Source of the DNA: an uncultured Thermoplasmatales archaeon
GTDB taxonomy: Archaea; Thermoplasmatota; Penumbrarchaeia; Penumbrarchaeales; Penumbrarchaeaceae
Direction: 5' to 3'
Assembly: GCA_964445525.1 (NCBI GenBank)
Contig: CAYULA010000018.1
Span: 36 to 64,035 of the forward strand
DNA length: 64,000 bases
The notes under the pieces were generated by a model that ran no database searches, had not been told where the DNA came from, and worked only from the letters and a program-made list of their open reading frames with translations. The position numbers were made by a program, and so were the translations under genes. Shown piece after piece: positions 45,201-52,976 of this stretch (positions within the stretch are counted from its first letter, which is position 1; each line of letters starts with the position of its first letter).

Positions 45201-46100
45201 TCATCTCTTCAACTGGAACATGAAAACATGTTCACTTCTTTTCTCCGGTACTATGCCATTTAAATTATCGGTCAATTCCTTCTTTGTCTTTCCGCATCCG
45301 ACAATGATGCCATCAAGTACTCCGAACCAGCCATTTTCAATACCAGCTTCCTTCAGTATCTTCTTGAGGTCCCTGGAATGGACCTTCCCCATCTTCTGAT
45401 GATAGTAGACCTTCAACCGTTCATCCTTGTTTTTCAGTTCCTCTATCTCCTCCCAGTACACATCACGATTGTACTGGCTCTTCAGATATACCTTCAACAA
45501 CTCCAGATCATCCGTTTTCCCTTCTCTTCCATCGTAGGGCAACGAGGTGACAATTCCATGCCTGGCTTCTGCTTTCTGAAATGAAGCGTTGAAACTTTTC
45601 TTGATCCCCGCCCCGAACCTGATGTTGTAAGGATTGATCACTCCATCATAGACGATCTTTCCCTTGAACGGAAGCAAGGTTGTTTCCATTGGCACAGGAA
45701 GATAAGGACCGAGCATATCCTCGAATGTGTTGTTCAATGTGAGTACTCCGTATGGTATCCCATCATCCTCATTCTGAGACAGAACAACAGCATATTTTTT
45801 CAGATATTTTACAATGAGAAACCTTCCTCTGATGTAATGCTTGAAGTTGCTCACGATCTCCAGTTCCTCATCATTAAATCCAATTGGATTATCTGCTACA
45901 TATTGATCGATGATGTCTGGGTCATCATAAATTGCCATTCTCATATCAAGAAGATACTCCACGGGGAAATGGAATATGTCATCCGGTTCGAGTTCTTTTT
46001 TCAAGTTTCCTTTTTTCAGATTTGCATATATCAGAAGAGAGTGAAACAACCTTAAGAATTGATCCTTGTCCTTTTTTGATAATTTCATTTTTTCAACCAT
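45201..46100 (-). CDS. hypothetical protein (299 aa)
   Basis: A long ORF in an AT-rich context, overlapping its upstream neighbour by 16 nt. No family recognised. Confidence 0.6.
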   Translation of the reverse strand: MVEKMKLSKKDKDQFLRLFHSLLIYANLKKGNLKKELEPDDIFHFPVEYLLDMRMAIYDDPDIIDQYVADNPIGFNDEELEIVSNFKHYIRGRFLIVKYLKKYAVVLSQNEDDGIPYGVLTLNNTFEDMLGPYLPVPMETTLLPFKGKIVYDGVINPYNIRFGAGIKKSFNASFQKAEARHGIVTSLPYDGREGKTDDLELLKVYLKSQYNRDVYWEEIEELKNKDERLKVYYHQKMGKVHSRDLKKILKEAGIENGWFGVLDGIIVGCGKTKKELTDNLNGIVPEKRSEHVFMFQLKR

Positions 46101-46621
46101 CCTTCAAAATTAGCATCAACATATTCATCGACCATTTCAGGGTCCTCGCTCAATTCCTTCCATTCATCAACCACAGTTTCGAAGGTTTCCTTCGGAGCAT
46201 CCGGGACATAATCTTTGTAGCTTGATGTTGATTCGTTCTCAAATTTATTAAGACCTTTCAGGATTCCCATAAAATATCTGTCTCTTTCACGGGGAAGCTT
46301 CAACTTATTGAGTTTTCTTGCTTCCTTCAAGAAGGGTTCCACCTCTTCTTCGAACAATTCCCAGGCAAGATCGTTTGGATCGACGTAACCGTTTCTCGTT
46401 CCTCCGGAATGGTCCCAGATGTACTCGACCTTGATCATATCCAGCACGCAGAACAAATTGTCACCAATGTCATCCTCATGTATATCTGTAATGAATTCTA
46501 GGGCAATCTCTTCGACCTGTTCCACCAATTCATTATTCCTTTCCATCAATGTCATCAAAATTCCGATTGAATGTCTGTTGATCAGGTCACCGAGGATTTC
46601 GGGAGGCATTCCATTTTTCAT
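46085..46621 (-). CDS. hypothetical acidic protein (178 aa)
   Basis: ORF in the coupled array with a 4-nt overlap at its start. No family recognised. Confidence 0.55.
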   Translation of the reverse strand: MKNGMPPEILGDLINRHSIGILMTLMERNNELVEQVEEIALEFITDIHEDDIGDNLFCVLDMIKVEYIWDHSGGTRNGYVDPNDLAWELFEEEVEPFLKEARKLNKLKLPRERDRYFMGILKGLNKFENESTSSYKDYVPDAPKETFETVVDEWKELSEDPEMVDEYVDANFEGWLKK

Positions 46622-46899
46622 GCTGACGCAGCTCCTTCTAATTTGAAGTGATCACATAAGATGACCATATTGCGGAGATTCGCAATATGGTTGTACTGAA
46701 TCTGGACCATTTTGTCCGATTGGACAATATTGTGTGAAGGGGTTAGAACCATTTCGTTGATGTCAACAAAATGGTTTTGAGGTGGATTGTTGACCAATTC
46801 GTGTGGATACACGATATGGTTCTGGTGTTTGTGTGTAATCATATATCGGAAATGCTCGCAATGGTCTGAAATTGAACGAGTAAAGTCAATATCACTCAT
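46618..46899 (-). CDS. hypothetical 93-aa protein with 14-15-aa internal repeats (NH(I/F)V...(M/L)V), coincident with DNA palindromes
   Basis: The frame is open across an AT-rich region and overlaps both neighbours (8 nt and 4 nt). Its coding status is uncertain because the repeats are dyad-symmetric at the DNA level. Confidence 0.4.
   Translation of the reverse strand: MSDIDFTRSISDHCEHFRYMITHKHQNHIVYPHELVNNPPQNHFVDINEMVLTPSHNIVQSDKMVQIQYNHIANLRNMVILCDHFKLEGAASA
46664..46820. repeat. four phased imperfect palindromes with conserved ACCA(T/A)(A/T)T ... A(T/A)(A/T)TGGT ends
   Basis: H1 46664-46691: ACCATATTGCG-gagatt-CGCAATATGGT, 11/11 pairs. H2 46706-46733: 10/12 pairs. H3 46747-46776: AACCATTTCGTTGA-tg-TCAACAAAATGGTT, 13/14 pairs. 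H4 46793-46820: ACCAATTCGTGT-ggat-ACACGATATGGT, 10/12 pairs. The centres are 42, 42 and 45 bp apart. Confidence 0.75.
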
Positions 46900-48259
46900 C
46901 CTCTATCACCTCCCAATTTCCTTTCTTTGTTGAACCCGACCTTCTAATTTTACCCCTTCTTTTTAAATTTCTGATATGGTAATACACACCATAATAGGAA
47001 AGGTCAAGCACCTTTGATATCTCATTGATAGAGATGTCTGGATTATTTATCATCAAAGCCATAATTTTCTCAGGAATATCTCTTGTAGTTTCTTTTGTAG
47101 TTTCTTTTGTAGTTTCTTTTGTAGTAGCCTCAATTTCTGTTATCTTTCTGAAAACCACATCAAAATTATTTCCATTCTCGAAAAGGTCCAATTCAATCTC
47201 CGGATAATCTATCAATTCCCTTCGGATACGGACCATGCCACTTCCGTATTTCTCGATCTCTTTTACCAAATAAAAGCATTCTGCGATGAGAACATTTCTC
47301 AATGAAGATGAATAATTATCTCTTTTCAGATCATCAAGTGTGATGTCACCATACAATTTTCCAGGGCTGGATATCAGGATGTGATCATCGAATACCTTGA
47401 TGATGATATCGGAAGGATTCCGATAATCTCTATGAACTATTGCATTGATGACAGCTTCCCTTAAAGCTTCCAGGGGATACTCCCAGATCTCTTTCCTCTC
47501 CGGTTCTCCTGTAAATTCAAACCGTATACTGATCTGCTTTTTGATGGCCCACATCACCTCATCGACCGCTTCAAGAAGAGGCAGATGGATCATGATGTCA
47601 TCAATTATGACCGTCGGGGTTTTAAATCTTCCAATATGTATTCCATGAACTGGCCTGCTCTTTGAAAAAAGAAGCTCAGCTGCCACTGTGGGCCTATCAT
47701 CTTTTACCAGTTCGATCTTTTCAAGGGATCCAATTGGAGTCCCATCAAAATGGAACCTGCCGACCTTATTTACTTTATCAATGAACTTCTCTATTTTGTC
47801 AAGATCAAGTTGTTCAAATGTACGACAATAGTGAGATGGAGAGGAATCCCAGGAGTATTGGATTGCCATCATGTAAAGTTCTGTTACCTCATCTATCTCC
47901 TTCTGATGGTCGCTGTTATGCTTTCTAGTATAGTATCTACCTTTGAAAGAAATCGGCTTGAAGGAAGATTCCTTCACATCTATTATTACTACACGTTTTC
48001 CGTTTGCTTCAGAGATTGCCATGTCTGGAATTATTGAAGGATTTGTTTTCGTCTTGATCTCATTGGTCCAACTCTGCAATGATTCTGGACCAACATCAAT
48101 ACCCAATATTCTACCTTTGTTATTCACCCCCAAAATCACTTTCCCACCCTTTGAATTGGAAAAAGCGGAAAGAGTCCTGATAGTTTCAGCTCCGAATGAG
48201 GATTTGAATTCGACCTCCCCGTTTTCAAGGTTTTCTAGCAACTTATCCAGTTCATTCAT
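46892..48259 (-). CDS. AlbA_2 (Schlafen-like) + HATPase_c_4 + C-terminal wHTH protein (RecG-like putative regulator)
   Basis: The N-terminal ENGEVEFKSSF...LSAFSNSKGGKVILGVNNKGRILGI is an AlbA_2 motif. The central region has REAVINAIVHRDY and EKYGSGMVRI, followed by a C-terminal wHTH. Confidence 0.8.
   Translation of the reverse strand: MNELDKLLENLENGEVEFKSSFGAETIRTLSAFSNSKGGKVILGVNNKGRILGIDVGPESLQSWTNEIKTKTNPSIIPDMAISEANGKRVVIIDVKESSFKPISFKGRYYTRKHNSDHQKEIDEVTELYMMAIQYSWDSSPSHYCRTFEQLDLDKIEKFIDKVNKVGRFHFDGTPIGSLEKIELVKDDRPTVAAELLFSKSRPVHGIHIGRFKTPTVIIDDIMIHLPLLEAVDEVMWAIKKQISIRFEFTGEPERKEIWEYPLEALREAVINAIVHRDYRNPSDIIIKVFDDHILISSPGKLYGDITLDDLKRDNYSSSLRNVLIAECFYLVKEIEKYGSGMVRIRRELIDYPEIELDLFENGNNFDVVFRKITEIEATTKETTKETTKETTRDIPEKIMALMINNPDISINEISKVLDLSYYGVYYHIRNLKRRGKIRRSGSTKKGNWEVIEDE
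47085..47125. repeat. 12-bp tandem repeat GTAGTTTCTTTT x3.4 inside the AlbA_2 gene (encodes (TKET)n linker)
   Basis: Read directly at 47085-47125. The repeat is in frame and lies between the HATPase_c_4 region and the wHTH. Confidence 0.85.
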
Positions 48260-48274
48260 TTACTCAAATCCCAC

Positions 48275-49783
48275 CTATTCATACAATCCCAGCTCCTTCA
48301 GGTATCCTACCATCTTCTCCCGGACCTCTGCAAGCTCTCCCTCGAGTTCCTCTATCCTTCTCTGGGTCGCAGGGATGTCGATCTCTTCCTCTTCCTCGAA
48401 AGTATCCACGTATCTTGGTATATTGAGATTGAAGTCATTCTCCCTGATCTCATCGAAGGTTGCCCTGTAGGAGTATTTGTCAATGGTCTTGTAATCCTTG
48501 TAGGTGTTGTGTATCTTATCGATATCCTCGTCTCTCAGCTTGTTCTGCTTTTTCCCCTTCTGGAATTCCCTGGAAGCATCTATGAAAAGGACATCGGTTG
48601 TATCCCTTCCCTTTTTATAAACCAGGATCGCAGCAGGGATTCCCGTTCCAAAGAACAACTGTGATGGAAGCCCTATCACAGCATCGAGGAGGTTCTCCTC
48701 GATAAGTTTCTTCCTGATTTTCCCCTCGCTGGATCCTCTGAAGAGGACCCCATGAGGAACGACAACCCCCACTCTTCCATCATTTTCATTCATTGTCTCG
48801 ATCATATGAGTTATGAATGCATAGTCTCCCTTGCTTTTTGGAGGAACTCCCCTGTGGAACCTCCTGAACCGGTCGTCTTTTGCATCTTCGGCGCCCCATT
48901 TATCCAACGAAAAAGGAGGATTGGCAACCACAATGTTGAATTTCATCAGTGTGTCGCCCTCGAGCAATTTGGGGTTGTTGATGGTATCTCCCCATTCGAT
49001 CTGGGCATTGTTGACACCATGCAGGAACATATTCATCTTGCAAAGTGCCCATGTTGAACCATTGAGTTCCTGACCGTAAAGGGCAAAATCCTCCGAACCC
49101 ACCTCCCTTGCCACCTTGATCAACAGAGAACCGGATCCGACGGTGGGATCACAGATCCTGTCACCTTCTTCCGGGTCCACAAGTTTCGATATTAATATGG
49201 ACACTTCAGCCGGAGTGTAGAATTCTCCTCCCTTTTTTCCAGCGTCACTTGCGAAGTGGGAGATAAGATATTCATAGGTATTTCCGATTACATCGATGTT
49301 TCCGATACGTGACGGCCGCAGATCCAGCTTGGGATTTGAGAAATCTTCGATGAGATTCTTCAAGCGCCTGTTTCTATCCTTTGTCTGCCCGAGGGCGGTC
49401 TCCGAATTGAAGTCGATATTCCTGAAAACACCCTCCAATTTCGCTTTATTTGCCTCTTCTATCCTTGCCAGGGCTATGTTTATTTTCTCTCCTATATCAT
49501 TGTCATTTCTGTGTTTGTAAATGTAATCATAGGAACAATCTTCAGGCAGGATGAAGTTCTCGAACCTCATCATGTATCTGATCCTTTTCTCATCCCTTCC
49601 GTATTTTTCCTCATATTCTGCCACTCTGTCCTTCCACAGATCGCTGATATATTTGAGGAAAAGAAAGACCAGTATGTAATTCTTGTATTCAGAAGGATCA
49701 ATGACACCTCTGAAGGTATCACAGGCTCTCCATGCGACATTGTTTATCTCGGTTTGATCAATATTATCCCCCACTCTAATCAC
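48275..49783 (-). CDS. hsdM: Type I R-M DNA methyltransferase subunit
   Basis: It has an HsdM N-domain, the SAM motif DPTVGSGSLL and the catalytic motif VVANPPFS. Confidence 0.95.
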   Translation of the reverse strand: MIRVGDNIDQTEINNVAWRACDTFRGVIDPSEYKNYILVFLFLKYISDLWKDRVAEYEEKYGRDEKRIRYMMRFENFILPEDCSYDYIYKHRNDNDIGEKINIALARIEEANKAKLEGVFRNIDFNSETALGQTKDRNRRLKNLIEDFSNPKLDLRPSRIGNIDVIGNTYEYLISHFASDAGKKGGEFYTPAEVSILISKLVDPEEGDRICDPTVGSGSLLIKVAREVGSEDFALYGQELNGSTWALCKMNMFLHGVNNAQIEWGDTINNPKLLEGDTLMKFNIVVANPPFSLDKWGAEDAKDDRFRRFHRGVPPKSKGDYAFITHMIETMNENDGRVGVVVPHGVLFRGSSEGKIRKKLIEENLLDAVIGLPSQLFFGTGIPAAILVYKKGRDTTDVLFIDASREFQKGKKQNKLRDEDIDKIHNTYKDYKTIDKYSYRATFDEIRENDFNLNIPRYVDTFEEEEEIDIPATQRRIEELEGELAEVREKMVGYLKELGLYE

Positions 49784-50372
49784 TCCCCTGAATGATATTC
49801 AATGATACCTTTTCAATGATTTTTTTCTTATGGTCGATTATATCTTCTGACAGCCTCTGTTCTTCTTTTATTAGCTTGTCCAGCATAATTATCCTCTCCT
49901 GGTTTTTCAATGATGGGACGGGGATCTCCATATTTTCAATTGTTGTTTTTTTCAAGAAAGGAACACTTGTTCCTCCCATTCTATTTTTCAGGTATCTCTG
50001 TATCTTCCTGGTTTTGAAGTACCAAAGAAGATAGTCAGGATCAATGATATTCTTATCAATGTTAATTATGAGAAATTGATCCGTTACGGCATATGATCCT
50101 TTTGGAAAATTCACTTTAAAAAATATGGGTCTTGATGATTTGGATTTTACGATGACGTCATCCGGCCCGATTATTGCAGATGTTTTGATGTCTGAAAACC
50201 TCACCCTGTGCAGTTTATGAAATTCAATATCCGAGGCCTGATCAACATCAGATGGTTGAATCAGGTTGACCTCTCCTCTCGGGAGATTCCTGATGCCATT
50301 CCTGAAAAGATGGCCCTGCCTTATGGTTGCAATATCAGCCATCTTTTTGTTGGAAGTAAATGAATACTTCAT
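49776..50372 (-). CDS. half-size Type I specificity subunit (single TRD)
   Basis: One variable domain followed by the conserved helix PSLKNQERIIMLDKLIKEEQRLSEDIIDHKKKIIE. Its stop overlaps the hsdM start by 8 nt. Confidence 0.7.
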   Translation of the reverse strand: MKYSFTSNKKMADIATIRQGHLFRNGIRNLPRGEVNLIQPSDVDQASDIEFHKLHRVRFSDIKTSAIIGPDDVIVKSKSSRPIFFKVNFPKGSYAVTDQFLIINIDKNIIDPDYLLWYFKTRKIQRYLKNRMGGTSVPFLKKTTIENMEIPVPSLKNQERIIMLDKLIKEEQRLSEDIIDHKKKIIEKVSLNIIQGSD

Positions 50373-50391
50373 GGATTGGATATGGAAAAGC

Positions 50392-50401
50392 TATTATTTA
50401 A
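50392..50401 (-). promoter_or_regulatory. TATA-like box (minus strand TTAAATAATA) for the island operon
   Basis: The proximal edge is 20 nt upstream of ATG 50372, which suggests a leaderless or very short-leader transcript. Confidence 0.35.
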
Positions 50402-50438
50402 ACTCGCCCTATAAAAAACGAAGTAAAACCATACTTCT

Positions 50439-51755
50439 TCATTTCTTTTTGGGGATGATGTATCCCGGTCTCTCCTTTCGGACCACGTCAGGAACCTCTT
50501 TGATGATCGCATCCCTCTTGATGTTGAACTTCTCCGACCTCTTACCGGAGATGGTCTCTATGAATTTCAATACAAGCCATTCGATGGATCCTTTGTAACC
50601 GACCTTATCCCAGAGATGCACTATCAGGGTCCATATCAAGAGATGGAACAGACCCGCAAGTAAAACTATACCCATGCTATTTTTCCAACCCCCCATCCCG
50701 GGGATCTGATCCAGGAATACTATAAAAATCGCCCATACGAATCCCTCAATCAGATATATCGTCAATGACACCAGAGAGAACTTCCTGAGTATCTCGAATC
50801 TCTTCTGCCTCTTCTTTCTTCTTTCCACCGGCAGCATATCGAAAATTACCAATCCGATAAGGACAAATATCATGAACAGTCCCAGCTGGGATACCTGCAG
50901 GAATGTCTTGTTGAATATTGCCTGGTGTGTTACGTCTCTATACAAAGTCGGATCCGGCCCTCCGTAATAGATATTGCCGACCCAGCCGACCGCCATCCAG
51001 AATATACCAAGAACAAGCAGGAATCTCATAAGTCTGGAATGATTTTTTTCCTTCGTTAGAGCCAGACCGATAATCGCCCCGTACAGTCCGTAACCCAGGT
51101 AGGGGAATATGGGAAAGAGGTCGTAAACAAAAGCTCCGAGGGCAATTGCAGGCAGGTAATTTCCGTTTGCTATCCAATCCACGACATATCCAACCAGACT
51201 GTCCCTGATAACCGGAGTGGCCAGGATCAGGACAGTCGCTGATATTCCCAGTATCCAGTAGTTCCTTCTCATCTTGTTGATGCCGTTCCCATGAAATAGA
51301 CCGGCAAGTATCAATGGAACAAGGATCGATATCCATCCCAGCATGGCCAGTGTCGAGGTTCCAATGATCCATTTGGCTGCAGGTTCTATGAATTCCCCTT
51401 CCCTGACGTAAAAGTACAGGATGCCTGAATCCGCACTGAAGAGGGCCCTGAAAATGTAATGGGATCCGATTAGGAAGACACCCATCACGACACTTGAAAG
51501 AAGCATCTGCCTTTTTGTGTTTCTCCCGGATTCGAGACGATGATACATCATGTAAGCGTTGACAGCACCCATCACCACATAGAATAATCCCGCCATGGTA
51601 AGGAGATAGAACATGAAAAGAACCAGGAAACCCGGCTCCTCCGTACCGCCTTCCACGGCAGATGTGCTTGTCCATGTATGCATCAGGGTGTGGACGTAGA
51701 CCACACCGATTATGGCAACGGCTCTTATAATATCGAAAGTGAAGATCCTTTTCAT
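50439..51755 (-). CDS. polytopic membrane protein, acyltransferase-3 / DUF1624-like (tentative)
   Basis: The N-terminal FDIIRAVAIIGVVYVH resembles the acyltransferase_3 opening motif, and there are about 10 TM helices. The antisense/alternative-frame ORF 50938..51807 is rejected. Confidence 0.55.
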   Translation of the reverse strand: MKRIFTFDIIRAVAIIGVVYVHTLMHTWTSTSAVEGGTEEPGFLVLFMFYLLTMAGLFYVVMGAVNAYMMYHRLESGRNTKRQMLLSSVVMGVFLIGSHYIFRALFSADSGILYFYVREGEFIEPAAKWIIGTSTLAMLGWISILVPLILAGLFHGNGINKMRRNYWILGISATVLILATPVIRDSLVGYVVDWIANGNYLPAIALGAFVYDLFPIFPYLGYGLYGAIIGLALTKEKNHSRLMRFLLVLGIFWMAVGWVGNIYYGGPDPTLYRDVTHQAIFNKTFLQVSQLGLFMIFVLIGLVIFDMLPVERRKKRQKRFEILRKFSLVSLTIYLIEGFVWAIFIVFLDQIPGMGGWKNSMGIVLLAGLFHLLIWTLIVHLWDKVGYKGSIEWLVLKFIETISGKRSEKFNIKRDAIIKEVPDVVRKERPGYIIPKKK

Positions 51756-51882
51756 TTGAAAACCCTGATTTTATTAACATATTCGAGATAAGCTTCTCTG
51801 TAACCAAAATACGGAAATTAAACCCCCAAAGGATGATTTGGGAAGGCTGAACTATCTTAAAAATACTTCGGGGCCAGAATCT

Positions 51883-52905
51883 TTATCCTATCAATGGATG
51901 AATGATTGTCCTTACAAGGCAATAGATACCAAATATCACACCAAAAAAGAATGAGAGCAGAATGAATACGATTCCGGCTCCCGTCAAACCCATAATCAGT
52001 GAAATGAGGGTATACATTATGAAGAGAACCAAGGGAAGCCGGTAGCCGATCCTCCATCGGGTTTCGGTTCTATCGCCTATCCATTCTCTCCGTGATGTCC
52101 TGATGTTCAGATGCAGGAGGATCAAGAATAATGCATAGAGGGCCAGTATTATCAGATGTCCCACGGCCCCCGGCATCCTTCCGGGATTCCAGATTATTCC
52201 GAATAGCATGTACATTGCAAAAATAACGGAAAAGAGGATCCAGAACTCCTTTCCCTCGGGGAGGAGCTCATTCAAAGAATATTTCGTTCCCACAAATTTC
52301 CGGTACAGGATAACTGCCATTGAGAGCACCGTCAAATTGATTCCAAGTGCAACCGGAGCAACCCAGAATCCCGGCATGTTCGACCCCATGAACAGCGCTG
52401 CCCAGATAACGAATACTGAAAGAAGGATTGAGAAACCCCTTCTGCTTGAGAGGAGCTCTCTTAATCTTTTTGGCATTGCCGATTGAATATCATCCGAATT
52501 TGTAAGGAGGACCTCTCCTGCAAGAAGAGGGATCATGAAAGCGAAGAATACATGCCACCATAGTACCAGTATGAGGATCCAGAGAAAATCCACTCCCAGA
52601 TATTGGAAAGGAGAAGCTCCCCAGTGAGGATCGAAGAGGACCTTTGTGATGTAAGCTTCGTACAATCCGAATATGCATCCGGCTGCAAAAAGGGAGGTGA
52701 AAGTCGGCTTCCCCCTGAATACAAGTCTTGCAAGCAGAAGGGTATGGATTCCATATAAGGGCATGAGGACCAATGGGTTCCAGGGTATGACAAGAGCGAA
52801 AGGTTCCGACCCGGAGAGGACCTCTGCAAAAAATACTGATAGAAGTGAAATAACCGCCCAGAAGAAGAGCTTCTCTTTGGTTGTGGGTCCTTTTCCTTTT
52901 CTCAT
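51883..52905 (-). CDS. polytopic membrane protein, hypothetical
   Basis: About 9 hydrophobic helices. No family recognised. Confidence 0.55.
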   Translation of the reverse strand: MRKGKGPTTKEKLFFWAVISLLSVFFAEVLSGSEPFALVIPWNPLVLMPLYGIHTLLLARLVFRGKPTFTSLFAAGCIFGLYEAYITKVLFDPHWGASPFQYLGVDFLWILILVLWWHVFFAFMIPLLAGEVLLTNSDDIQSAMPKRLRELLSSRRGFSILLSVFVIWAALFMGSNMPGFWVAPVALGINLTVLSMAVILYRKFVGTKYSLNELLPEGKEFWILFSVIFAMYMLFGIIWNPGRMPGAVGHLIILALYALFLILLHLNIRTSRREWIGDRTETRWRIGYRLPLVLFIMYTLISLIMGLTGAGIVFILLSFFFGVIFGIYCLVRTIIHPLIG

Positions 52906-52976
52906 CGTTCGAAAAAAGCCCCATTTTCATTATTTAAATGGATATGAAACAAAGTTACTGAATTTTGTTTCCACTT

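Larger units (their letters stand above)
33841..50372 (-). other. AT-rich defence/genomic island forming one co-directional gene array built around a split Type I R-M operon
   Basis: All credible ORFs are on the minus strand, with overlaps or gaps of 15 nt or less. Hand-counted lines have lower GC than the core genes. See findings. Confidence 0.7.

Noticed and set aside
46664-46820. Type III toxin-antitoxin (ToxI-like) RNA repeat array upstream of the 178-aa gene
   Set aside because: Known type III antitoxins are near-identical direct repeats followed by a terminator and a basic endoRNase. Here the units are divergent palindromes inside an open frame and the downstream protein is strongly acidic.
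50373-50438. TATGG...CCATA half-sites in the island promoter as matches to the ACCAT/ATGGT palindrome ends
   Set aside because: Only 5-bp matches in the opposite arm order, which is expected by chance in AT-rich sequence.
50938-51807. 289-aa minus-strand ORF in another frame of the 50439..51755 membrane-protein gene
   Set aside because: It is Arg/Cys/Gly-rich and non-protein-like. The overlapping frame encodes regular TM helices and is the credible gene.
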